Shown: positions 1 to 9,278 of the stretch, piece by piece
Numbering within the stretch: the first letter of the stretch is position 1
How the letters are laid out: each line of letters starts with the position of its first letter
Source: Bacteroidota bacterium
Lineage (GTDB): Bacteria; Bacteroidota; Bacteroidia; NS11-12g; UBA955
Assembly: GCA_013205405.1 (NCBI GenBank)
Contig: JABMMZ010000078.1
Span: 2,616-66,615, forward strand
Length of the DNA stretch: 64,000 nucleotides
Reading direction: 5' to 3'
The notes under the pieces: generated by a model
What the model saw: only the letters and a program-made list of their open reading frames with translations
Told to the model about the DNA's origin: nothing
Databases searched by the model: none
Position numbers and translations under genes: made by a program

Positions 1-596
1 GCACAACTTAACACATTTTCGCTTAGCATACCATTGCTATAAGCTATACCCATTTGAGCTACTTTATATTTATTGCTACCAAAAGAACGGAAACCAATAA
101 TAGGATTTTTTGGATTATTATTAATATCTACATCTGGTCCAAAATTGATATGGATGCCCATGCGTTTAAACTGCTTACCCATTGCAACGCCTATTTGATA
201 AGTTAAACTATCACTTTGCATAGCCCCTAATGTAAGGGCATACGGAAATTTTTGAGTGTTTTGCAAACGCATTGCCAATCCCCATTCGCCATCTATTCCT
301 ATCATTAAAGGAATAGAACTATATTGCTGATAATAATTGGTAAGGTATGCTTGTTTAAGAGGATCATTTTGAAAAAAAATAAGTCCACCAATATGGTATT
401 TTAAAATTAAATTATCAATCTCAGCAGTATGCGCAGCCTCTTTATTACTATATGCTGACACCATAAATAATTGACCTATTTTTTCGTCTAATGTCATTTG
501 CTTAAGTTTATAATCGTACCAAAAAGCAGCATCTTGTGCACTTAAGTTAGCAGAAAAGAAAAAAGAAAAAAATATAATTATGCCTAAGCGTTTCAT
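1..596 (-). CDS. Glycoside hydrolase family 3 protein (beta-N-acetylhexosaminidase-like), 5' part; runs off the window edge
   Basis: Not in the ORF track. Manual translation from ATG at 596 gives MKRLGIIIFF...MTLDEKIGQLFMV...IGGLIFF...PLMIGIDGEWGLAMRL...GIHINFGPDVDINNNPKNPIIGFRSFG, the GH3 N-terminal motifs, with a signal peptide. Confidence 0.92.
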   Translation of the reverse strand, partial: MKRLGIIIFFSFFFSANLSAQDAAFWYDYKLKQMTLDEKIGQLFMVSAYSNKEAAHTAEIDNLILKYHIGGLIFFQNDPLKQAYLTNYYQQYSSIPLMIGIDGEWGLAMRLQNTQKFPYALTLGAMQSDSLTYQIGVAMGKQFKRMGIHINFGPDVDINNNPKNPIIGFRSFGSNKYKVAQMGIAYSNGMLSENVLSC

Positions 597-740
597 TTTA
601 TTAATAGATAGAACGCAAAAATAATGCAATTATTAGCTTAATGTTAAGAAAGATATAGAAAGGGTGTATACAAAAAAGTATAACTGCACTTAAATTAATA
701 AATGAGTTGTTAAAGAACTTTATACACAAACTTTTTAATA

Positions 741-880
741 GCAAAGGGTGAGGCTGGCGTCCACGAAAAGAGCGAAATTTTAATTTTGGTGAACCAGGGG
801 CGGCTGGTTGCAGGGACAAAATTAAAATTTGGTTTTCGTGGGGCCCTTTTTGTTTTACTTTTTGGGCAAACAAAAAGTAA
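741..880. repeat. GC-rich nested inverted-repeat element (structured RNA or MITE/REP-like)
   Basis: Perfect stems 761-769/833-841, 775-788/817-830, 792-797/804-809, plus a separate hairpin 855-864/871-880, in an otherwise very AT-rich intergenic region. Confidence 0.7.
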
Positions 881-921
881 TAATATAATTAAGTATGAAA
901 TAGTTTATACTTCAAATATAA

Positions 922-1689
922 CTAAAAAATCGCTTTTCTTTTGTTTAAAAAAGCATCAGTCCCTTCTTTAAAATCAGCAGTAGAAAAAGCTTTTCCAAAC
1001 TCCTCTATTTCAGTTTGAAATCCATTTTTAGAATTATCAAAATAATCGTTTACACAAGTAATAACTTTAGCTACTGCCATAGGCGATTTAGTGGCTATTT
1101 TATTTAAAATTTCAGTACATCTTGGCATTAAATCTTCTATTGATACGACATCAGTTACAAGGCTATATTCAAGAGCAGAATGCGCACTTATAACATCGGC
1201 TGTAAGCAATAATTCCAGCGCTTTGCTTTTACCAATCAATTGCACCAAACGCTGTGTACCACCATATCCTGGAGGAACCCCCAAGTTTACTTCCGGTTGA
1301 CCAAACTTAGCGTTATCACTGGCTATTCTTAAATGGCAAGCCATGGCTAACTCACATCCTCCACCCAATGCAAAGCCATTAACAGCAGCAATAACAGGCT
1401 TTGCACTGCGTTCTATACTATTCATTACCTCGTGTCCATCGGCACTCATTTTAGTACCTTCTTTTTTATTAAAATTTACAAATTCAGAAATATCTGCTCC
1501 TGCAGCAAATGCTTTACTGCCCGCTCCTGTTAAAATAATTCCTGAAATATTTTTATCACTTTGAACAGCATCTACAGCTTTTTTTATTTCTTGTAAAGTT
1601 TCAATATTTAAAGCATTTAACTTGGTTTCTCTATTGATGGTAATAGTTAAAATGGCATTTTCTATTGATGTAAGAATATTGTTATACAT
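922..1689 (-). CDS. Enoyl-CoA hydratase/isomerase (crotonase family)
   Basis: AFAAGADI, AVNGFALGGGCELAMACHLR and FGQPEVNLG motifs. Start moved to the ATG at 1689, which follows a TAATTTTG promoter box. Confidence 0.95.
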   Translation of the reverse strand: MYNNILTSIENAILTITINRETKLNALNIETLQEIKKAVDAVQSDKNISGIILTGAGSKAFAAGADISEFVNFNKKEGTKMSADGHEVMNSIERSAKPVIAAVNGFALGGGCELAMACHLRIASDNAKFGQPEVNLGVPPGYGGTQRLVQLIGKSKALELLLTADVISAHSALEYSLVTDVVSIEDLMPRCTEILNKIATKSPMAVAKVITCVNDYFDNSKNGFQTEIEEFGKAFSTADFKEGTDAFLNKRKAIF

Positions 1690-1743
1690 AGTTTGCAAAA
1701 TTAGGAGAAAAAAGTTTATAATTGTAGAAAATATCATTTGTAA

Positions 1744-2103
1744 ATGGAATTAAGAAAAACTACTACTTTAATTATATTGCTTTTAAGTTATAGTTATATT
1801 AGTGCTCAATATTCTGGCAAATTTATTATACAAAAAACAAAAGAAAATATTAAAAAATACACAAATTATAAAATTGAATTTACTGCTAAATATATAAACC
1901 TTAAAGCCCAAGATACTTTCATAAATGAAATTACCCAAAGAACTTTAGCAGAAAACAATTTACCCTATTATGGCTATAGCTTAGGTGTTATAAAACCAAC
2001 AACAAATGTCATTATTGTTTATAATTCAGAGGATTTGTGTCAGTGGTATGGCAAAGGCTATTCTTACACTAATTTTAATAAAAATTTTAGACAGACTAAT
2101 TAA
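1744..2103 (+). CDS. Hypothetical secreted protein (possibly a truncated remnant)
   Basis: 119-aa ORF with a signal peptide (…YSYISAQ); no recognisable motif. Confidence 0.5.
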   Translation: MELRKTTTLIILLLSYSYISAQYSGKFIIQKTKENIKKYTNYKIEFTAKYINLKAQDTFINEITQRTLAENNLPYYGYSLGVIKPTTNVIIVYNSEDLCQWYGKGYSYTNFNKNFRQTN

Positions 2104-2114
2104 ACAATAACAAT

Positions 2115-2762
2115 ATGTATATCATCCCTATATTACACGGTATTTGGCAAGGCTTTTTAATCAGTATTTTACTATTTGGCCCTGCTTTTTTCAAATTGGT
2201 TCATATTAGTATTCAAGAAGGTTTTAGAAAAGGAGTTTTACTAGCTTGGGGTGTCTTTTTAAGCGACTTACTCGTAGTTGCGCTTTGTATATTTGGTTTT
2301 GCAGATTTTATGCAAAGTTTACCATTTCAAAAAATGTATAGCTTATGTGGTGCTATTGTCTTGTTTTTATTAGGTATTAAAGCATTCAACCACCAATATA
2401 AAGCCTTTTTACAATCTTACTCTGCACGTGTGCCTGCCAGTAAAGGAATTTTAAAAGGATTTTTGCTCAATTTAGCCAATCCTTTTACCTTTATTTTATG
2501 GTTTAATGTGCTAGGTACTGTAAGTTTGAAATATGTAGACGAATCAAAATATACCTGGTTAGTCTCCATTAATTTAATGACTATTTTAATTATTATTTTC
2601 TTAATGGATGTGTTAAAAGTGTATTTAAGTCATCTAATTGGCAAAAAATTGAATGTGCGCCTATTTTTTACAATAAATAAATATTTTGGATTACTGCTCA
2701 TCATTATTGGGGCTATTTTCTTATTTCGATTTGCCAAATTGATGGGTTGGATACAAGTTTAA
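2115..2762 (+). CDS. LysE family translocator
   Basis: GPAFF…G.RKG…GVFLSD and KGFLLNLANPF motifs; about 6 hydrophobic segments. Confidence 0.9.
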   Translation: MYIIPILHGIWQGFLISILLFGPAFFKLVHISIQEGFRKGVLLAWGVFLSDLLVVALCIFGFADFMQSLPFQKMYSLCGAIVLFLLGIKAFNHQYKAFLQSYSARVPASKGILKGFLLNLANPFTFILWFNVLGTVSLKYVDESKYTWLVSINLMTILIIIFLMDVLKVYLSHLIGKKLNVRLFFTINKYFGLLLIIIGAIFLFRFAKLMGWIQV

Positions 2763-2866
2763 AAACTTAAAATTAATAATATTAATTAAAAATTAATTTG
2801 TTGTTAAAAAATAATTTTTAAAATCGTTTTTTTTATGCTTATATTTGAATTTTAAATAACTTATAA

Positions 2867-5800
2867 ATGATTAAAATTTACAAAATTCTAATGTTTACAT
2901 TCTTAATAGGAGGAATGTGTAATGCCAAGGCGCAAGAACTTTCTACTTTAGGTAAAACTTTTTGGATGACTTTTATGGAAAGTATAGGAACGCCTAATAA
3001 TGCACCTGAGTTAAAAATTGTAATCAGTTGCAACAAGGCTACTACCGGCACTGTTAAAAATATTATCACAAATCAAAGTCGTCCCTTTTCAATTGGAGTT
3101 GGCGGTGGACTAGATACAGTATTGATACCAACTTTCATGGGCTACACAACTGGTTCTGAGGCCTCTTCATCTAGAAGTATGGGGTTACTTATTCAAGCTG
3201 CAGATACCATTTCTGTGTCAGCTCAAAATACCAAAACAGCCTCATGCGATGCTGCATTAATATATCCTATTGAAGGATTAGGACTTGATTATCGCGTAGT
3301 TTCTTTCCCTGGAGATATTTATGGATCTAATAATAGTTACAGATCTTCTTTTGCTATTGTAGCTACAGAAAATAATACAGATATAGATATTACCCCAAGT
3401 TCTGCTACTAGTGGTGGTAAAGCAGCAAATAGTACTTTTACAATTACTTTACAAAAAGGAGAAACATATCAAGTATTAGCGAGTTCTAGGACAGGCGATA
3501 TGAGTGGTACATTTGTTCAAGCCAAAGACTGTAAAAAAATTGCTGTTTTTGGAGGTTCTACAAGATCTGTTGTACTTTTTTCTGCTTGTTCTGGTTTTAT
3601 AAATTCCGCAGATCATTTGTATGAGCAAATGATGCCAACCAATATTTGGGGTAAAAAATTTGCTATGATACCTACAACTTGGCAGCCAAATACATTAAGA
3701 AAATACGAGCTAGTTAAAATTGTAACTACGTTGCCTTCTACTAGGATAGTTTTTAATGGCAGAGCAAAAGTTTTACCCAGTGCAGGTATGACAGATACTT
3801 TTTATATTCAAACCAGTAGAGAAAAAGAAGCAATCATTATTGCCAACAAACCAATTGCTATTTGCCAAATTGGTTTATCTCAAAAATGTGATGGAGGCTC
3901 TTCGGATACTGATCCAATGTTAATGTGGTTGACACCTTTAGAACAAACCTTGAAAAACCTAAATTTTTCTTGTGAAAAAGCTGATAAGATCGATAAGTTT
4001 TTTGTAAATATAGTTGTCAAAACTCAGTACAAAGGCACCTTGAAAATTGACGCTTCTTTGCCTACCGCATCATGGAAAACAATTGTTCGCGATACCAGTT
4101 ATTCGTACATTCAACAATCTGGATTAGCTTCTGGCAATCATAATATTAGCTGTCCATTTGGATTCAGTGGTATTTTATATGCTTATGGTGATTATGGGTC
4201 TTATGGTTACAATGTTGGTTCTTCCATAAAACCATTAAGTTTTTATACAATTGCCAATGGTAAGTTAAGCAGTGAATTTGAAGCAGATAGTGCCTATTTT
4301 AATGTTTGCCAAGGCACTACTATTCCTTTTGATGGAGGTGCATCTACTGCTCCTAGTAGCTGGAAATGGGTATTTAGTGATGGTAGCACTCCAAAAACAA
4401 CCAAATCTTTTACCAAAGTATTTAATACTCCAGGTACTTATACTATAGACATGATAGCCCGAAGAACAACTAATGGCACATGTAATGGCAATAACTATAT
4501 AGATGATACGGTTCGTTCAGAAATTAGAGTATTTGCCAAACCTATAATTAAACTTATGAATGATACAATCATTTGTAGAGGTAATAAATTTACAATTAAT
4601 TCAACAACAGATGGTGACACCAATTTTACTTTTCTACCTGCTACTTGGCTTAATTGTACAAAATGCCAATTTCCTATTGTAAAACCATTCATGGATACTA
4701 CCTATACTGTAAGTGCAACTTCTAAAGGTTGTTTGCCAAGTAGAGATACATTTAGTGTAAAAATTAGAGATAGTATTTTTCTGACTACTAGCACCGATAC
4801 TACTATTTGCAGAGGTACTTCTACCACACTAACCGCTAGCAGTATTGGCGGTTTAGTAGGCAATCATGTTATAACTTGGGATAATGGATTAGGTATTGGA
4901 TTAAGCAAGTTAGTATCACCAATGGCAACTACTACTTATAGAGCAATTTTAACAGATGCTTGTACCAAAGATGCTAATGATAGCTTTTATGCAGATACTA
5001 ATTATATAACAGTAACCGTTTTAGATAGTTTAAAAATTACGATGCCAAATGATACGGTCGTATGCGAAGGTAATGATGTAACACTAACAGCTAAGGTAGT
5101 TGGTGGACGTACAAGTACACATATTGTAAATTGGGATAATAGCCTTGGTGCTGGTTTTACAAAAACCATTACTATGAGCGTAACCACTACTTACAAAGCT
5201 GTATTTGAAGATGGTTGTACAGTTCCAAAAGATTCTGGAATAGTAACTGTAACTGTTAGGCCAAGTATTAAAATAGATACTATTATTTTCAATAATCCTG
5301 TATGTAAAAATGCTGTATTTACTGCTAAAGTAAAAGCGAGTGGTGGTGATACTACAGTTTATAAATTCTACTTGTACAACACTACTACGGGGACCAATGT
5401 ATTGATAGATAGTGCTAAAAATGTGACTTCTAAATCATTTAATTTAAATATTCCAGATGATTCTAAATTTAATGTGGTAATGAAGCAAGGTTGCAATACA
5501 CAACAGGTAAGTAAAAAATTCAATGTTAAAATAAAAACTGGACTATCTGTAAATTCAACTGTAGCAGCTGATACAGTATGTGTAGGCCAAAATTATACAA
5601 TAGGTATTACGGGCGCAAGTGCTGATTTATTGCCTATTAAATTTGTTTTGAAAAGAAAAAATGGAGTTAATTGGATTGCTGTAGATTCAACCATAAATTT
5701 AAGTGCTGCTAATTTTGTAGTAACCGCTCCAACAGTTACTTTAACCGATTATTTAATAGTAGGCAATGACAATTGTAGTAGAAGCGATTCATCTACTTTC

Positions 5801-6889
5801 AGATTGATGAGACGTGCACCATTAACCTTGTCTAAAATAAGAGATACTATACTTTGTAGAAATGAAACACAATCATATACTGCTAATGCAGTAGGTGGAA
5901 AAACACAAAGTATTACATACAATTGGACAGATTTAAATTATGCCACTTTCTTTGGTGCAAATAAGGCTGTTACGCTTTCGCCAACTAACTCTATGAAAGT
6001 AAAATTGAATGTTTCAGATGGTTGCTCTTCGCCTTTGGTAGATTCTGCACTCATTATGGTGGCACCTTTGGTTACCAATAGTATTTTAGCAACAGATATA
6101 GCGGGTTGCGAACCATATAAAACTGAGTTCACTTTCCCTACTACACAAGCACAAACACCTTATAACCCAACGTTTACATGGCTTTGGAACTTTGATGCAA
6201 CAACGCTTAATGTGCCATCAACAGCTGGCCAAGTTTTTCCTAATATTCCAAAAACCTATCCAAATTCAGGTATTTACCAAACAGGCGTACAAATGCAATT
6301 AAGCAATGGTGTAAAATGTTTACCAATTTACACGCAGCAAATAGATGTTTACAAACAAGCTACAGCCAATTTTGATTATATGCCTAAACTGATTGATGTT
6401 GTAGATCCTGATGTTACATTTACCAATATGTCTCAAGGCTCTACCATACATTTCTGGCATTATGATGATACTTTCCCTGGTATATATGAGCAAATAGATA
6501 ACCCAGTGCATAGATTTGAAGATACAGGTGAATATACCATAACACTTATAGCTACCAATGTGAACGGATGTGCTGATACTGTGCAGCAAAAACTAATAGT
6601 AAAAGACATCTACAGAATTTTTATTCCTAGTGCATTTTCACCAAATAGTGATGATTTTAATACAACTTGGTACCCACGTATAACAAGCACCCAATCTGCT
6701 GAATTATCAGTTTTCAACCGTTGGGGAGAAAAGGTCTATCAAAGTAATGATGGTACAGGAAAATGGAATGGCCGAATTGCCAATTCAACTATAGATTGTC
6801 CTGAAGGTGTATATTATTATCATTTGAAAATAAGAGATACACGCAAGAAATGGCATTATTATAATGGCACTTTAACACTTTTAAGATAA
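2867..6889 (+). CDS. T9SS type-B CTD surface protein: IgGFc-binding-like N-terminal domain, PKD domains and a Cys-paired repeat stalk
   Basis: Signal peptide; IgGFc_binding-like region (DHLYEQMMP..IWGK, DPMLMWLTPLEQ); PKD-like WxF.DG segments; C-terminus FIPSAFSPNSDDFN…FNRWGEKVY…WNG…GVYYY…GTLTLLR (gliding-motility-associated CTD). Confidence 0.88.
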   Translation: MIKIYKILMFTFLIGGMCNAKAQELSTLGKTFWMTFMESIGTPNNAPELKIVISCNKATTGTVKNIITNQSRPFSIGVGGGLDTVLIPTFMGYTTGSEASSSRSMGLLIQAADTISVSAQNTKTASCDAALIYPIEGLGLDYRVVSFPGDIYGSNNSYRSSFAIVATENNTDIDITPSSATSGGKAANSTFTITLQKGETYQVLASSRTGDMSGTFVQAKDCKKIAVFGGSTRSVVLFSACSGFINSADHLYEQMMPTNIWGKKFAMIPTTWQPNTLRKYELVKIVTTLPSTRIVFNGRAKVLPSAGMTDTFYIQTSREKEAIIIANKPIAICQIGLSQKCDGGSSDTDPMLMWLTPLEQTLKNLNFSCEKADKIDKFFVNIVVKTQYKGTLKIDASLPTASWKTIVRDTSYSYIQQSGLASGNHNISCPFGFSGILYAYGDYGSYGYNVGSSIKPLSFYTIANGKLSSEFEADSAYFNVCQGTTIPFDGGASTAPSSWKWVFSDGSTPKTTKSFTKVFNTPGTYTIDMIARRTTNGTCNGNNYIDDTVRSEIRVFAKPIIKLMNDTIICRGNKFTINSTTDGDTNFTFLPATWLNCTKCQFPIVKPFMDTTYTVSATSKGCLPSRDTFSVKIRDSIFLTTSTDTTICRGTSTTLTASSIGGLVGNHVITWDNGLGIGLSKLVSPMATTTYRAILTDACTKDANDSFYADTNYITVTVLDSLKITMPNDTVVCEGNDVTLTAKVVGGRTSTHIVNWDNSLGAGFTKTITMSVTTTYKAVFEDGCTVPKDSGIVTVTVRPSIKIDTIIFNNPVCKNAVFTAKVKASGGDTTVYKFYLYNTTTGTNVLIDSAKNVTSKSFNLNIPDDSKFNVVMKQGCNTQQVSKKFNVKIKTGLSVNSTVAADTVCVGQNYTIGITGASADLLPIKFVLKRKNGVNWIAVDSTINLSAANFVVTAPTVTLTDYLIVGNDNCSRSDSSTFRLMRRAPLTLSKIRDTILCRNETQSYTANAVGGKTQSITYNWTDLNYATFFGANKAVTLSPTNSMKVKLNVSDGCSSPLVDSALIMVAPLVTNSILATDIAGCEPYKTEFTFPTTQAQTPYNPTFTWLWNFDATTLNVPSTAGQVFPNIPKTYPNSGIYQTGVQMQLSNGVKCLPIYTQQIDVYKQATANFDYMPKLIDVVDPDVTFTNMSQGSTIHFWHYDDTFPGIYEQIDNPVHRFEDTGEYTITLIATNVNGCADTVQQKLIVKDIYRIFIPSAFSPNSDDFNTTWYPRITSTQSAELSVFNRWGEKVYQSNDGTGKWNGRIANSTIDCPEGVYYYHLKIRDTRKKWHYYNGTLTLLR

Positions 6890-6892
6890 CAT

Positions 6893-6927
6893 AAAAAAAG
6901 CCTTCTAAATTTTAGAAGGCTTTTTTT
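6893..6927. terminator. Bidirectional intrinsic terminator
   Basis: AAAAAAAGCCTTCTAAA-T-TTTAGAAGGCTTTTTTT between convergent genes. Confidence 0.9.
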
Positions 6928-6944
6928 ATAACTTTTTAATTGTA

Positions 6945-7329
6945 TTATACTAATTCCACTAAGCTATCAACTAATGTTTTAGGATTAACCTCATTAGAAA
7001 TATTTCCAATTTTTTTCAAAGAATACATCACATTGTCGAGCATTTTTTTCGCTTACTTGAAAATCTGTATTCCACTCGGTGCTATAAAACCATGTAAGCG
7101 CATCTTCTGGTTGCATATCAAATTTTTCAAGCAACATATCAATACTGTTATCGGCAGTCATAAATTGTTTGGTTGTAAAATTAATGGCTTTTAATAATTT
7201 GGTTATGGCACTATAAAATTGCCAATTGAAATCTACATTGGCTTTTTTAAATAACCCATAATAATTGGCTAATTTCCACGGTAAATTAAAATGCTCAGGT
7301 ACACCACCTATATTAATAACTGTGTACAT
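6945..7329 (-). pseudogene. Internally deleted, frameshifted ABC-type (SsuA/NMT1-like) substrate-binding protein
   Basis: The N-terminus IGGVPEHFNLPW is typical of ~280-aa Bacteroidota substrate-binding proteins but joins directly to C-terminal-like sequence (…WFYSTEW…). Removing one base from the T7 run at 7043-7049 restores a tail KMLDNVMYSLKKIG…VELV* ending at 6945. Confidence 0.7.
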
Positions 7330-7332
7330 TAT

Positions 7333-9102
7333 TTATTCATTGTTATTGCAATATTTTTTAATGAAATTTTCCCAATCTTCATCGGGTACATAAACAAGTT
7401 TAGGTGTTTTTAGTTTGCCTGTAATAAAATTCTTTTTTAATTGCGTTCCATATCCTATCCATGCATAATGCTTACCACCAATTAATTTATGCGCTAAAAA
7501 AATTTGATTTTTAGTATCGCTTTTCTTTTCAAAATCAGTTGCTACAATAGTACTTTTACCTTTATTTTTAATAAATTTAGAATACACCGCTACACCTTCT
7601 TCTTTATTGCCATAAACCAAAGTAGCATCATTGGTCTTTTTTACTTTAATACTTATTTTTTTAGCTTTAGATGTTTCTTCTCCTGCATCATCTGCATTAG
7701 ATAAACCTTTTTTGTCTATTGGTGTTAATTCTAAAATTGAATACAAGCCACTAAAAGGTGCATCAAAAACAATAAAATCGCAGTTGATTAAACCAAGGCA
7801 TGAGTCTGGAAAACTAACTTTATTAGGCCAATTTAAAAAATTATCATTTTTTGTTTCTGCCGAAAGAATAGCGTACTTCTTACCTTTATGAGCTGGCAAT
7901 TGAGATTTAGGAATAAAAATTAAAACGGTTTCTTTTTTATTCATTATCAATTCTGCTGAATCATTATGTTGGCAAACATCTATATCTGCAAAACGAATAA
8001 TTTCTCTATCATACTTTTGTATGGAAGGAATATTGCTAATGCCTGGATATAAAAAATTATTACAAAGTGATAACATTTCATTTGTGCTAATATTATCATA
8101 AAACCTTGATTTAACTTGCGAAATTTCTATTTTCTTAAAACTACCAGCGTTCATTAAAACTATTCCATTACTACTACCATATTTTGCAAATTCATTAGAT
8201 TTAGTAGGAGTTTCTAAGCCACCAAAAGATGAATTTGAACAATTACATGCTGGATTCTTTGTTGCGCAATTTATAAATTCATTTATTTTGCTAGTTTGAA
8301 ATGTTTGTAAAGTGCAAGGTTCGTCATTAAAATTAACAGAATTGCCAATTAATGAAACTTTATTATCAGTTGGTTTCCATGTTATTGTTTTATCCTTAGC
8401 TACCATTGATTCATACAATTTATAATCACTGTATTGATTCATGACTGGTAATTTGATTAAAACAGGTTTTGTATTTTTTACAGGCTTGCCTTTGTAAGTA
8501 GCAGTTAACCTTACAATACCATTACTTAATAAGGTTGAACCTTTATCATCTTTCATTAAGATATTATACTTTTTAATATCCGCCTCAGTTGCTATATTTT
8601 CTATTTTAAAAACCAATTCATCGTTATTATATCCCTCAAAGGTATTGGCAGAAATTAAGGCTGACATACAACCTGACTTTATCAAAGTATCTCTGTCTGG
8701 TTTTGCAAAATAAATAACAATATCTACTCTTCGCATTTCATCTAAATCAGCACCAGTAACTTTTTCGCCTAAGCTAGCTGCATTAAATTTCTTTTTATAC
8801 ATAGACAGGTTTTTACTCATTATATAACCAGCCACAGTATCTGTTCTATTGGTAGATAATTCTAAATTGGCGACTGCATTGCCAGTTGTATCGGCATAGC
8901 CATTTAATTGAATCCGTCTAATATTGGTTTGTACTTTTAATAAATTTACCACCGAATCTAATACTAGATAATCATTGGGTTTAATTTTAGATTGATTAAC
9001 ATCAAAATAAACGGTAAATTTTTTAGATAATTGAGCTTTAGCTTGAAAAGAAAAAATTAAAGCAAATGCTATCGCAACATTTTTAAGAAATGAAAAATTC
9101 AT
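7333..9102 (-). CDS. OmpA-family (peptidoglycan-binding domain) protein with a large uncharacterised C-terminal region
   Basis: VYFD…GYADTTGNAVANLELSTNR…RRVDI OmpA-C motif directly after the signal peptide. Confidence 0.85.
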   Translation of the reverse strand: MNFSFLKNVAIAFALIFSFQAKAQLSKKFTVYFDVNQSKIKPNDYLVLDSVVNLLKVQTNIRRIQLNGYADTTGNAVANLELSTNRTDTVAGYIMSKNLSMYKKKFNAASLGEKVTGADLDEMRRVDIVIYFAKPDRDTLIKSGCMSALISANTFEGYNNDELVFKIENIATEADIKKYNILMKDDKGSTLLSNGIVRLTATYKGKPVKNTKPVLIKLPVMNQYSDYKLYESMVAKDKTITWKPTDNKVSLIGNSVNFNDEPCTLQTFQTSKINEFINCATKNPACNCSNSSFGGLETPTKSNEFAKYGSSNGIVLMNAGSFKKIEISQVKSRFYDNISTNEMLSLCNNFLYPGISNIPSIQKYDREIIRFADIDVCQHNDSAELIMNKKETVLIFIPKSQLPAHKGKKYAILSAETKNDNFLNWPNKVSFPDSCLGLINCDFIVFDAPFSGLYSILELTPIDKKGLSNADDAGEETSKAKKISIKVKKTNDATLVYGNKEEGVAVYSKFIKNKGKSTIVATDFEKKSDTKNQIFLAHKLIGGKHYAWIGYGTQLKKNFITGKLKTPKLVYVPDEDWENFIKKYCNNNE

Positions 9103-9278
9103 GCGACAAAACTAATCCTTCCTTATAAAATAATCTTATGTTTTATATTAAATATTTAAACAATGTATGAACGAAAAAAAAATTAATTATTGATTGAGTT
9201 GATATAATTACTGCTCTTCATGCTATCATTAATAATTTTTATTTAGTTTAATAAAGTATTTAAATTTCATGGTAATCT

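Noticed and set aside
741..880. Calling the hairpin element SRP RNA, 6S RNA or an HDV-like ribozyme
   Set aside because: It lacks the SRP GGAA-tetraloop/AGCAG motif and the usual zapA-rny context of Bacteroidota 6S, and I could not fit the HDV nested double pseudoknot.
601..971. ORFs 601..873 (-) and 786..971 (+)
   Set aside because: They read through the palindromic element and AT-rich spacer with no protein-like features; better explained as non-coding.
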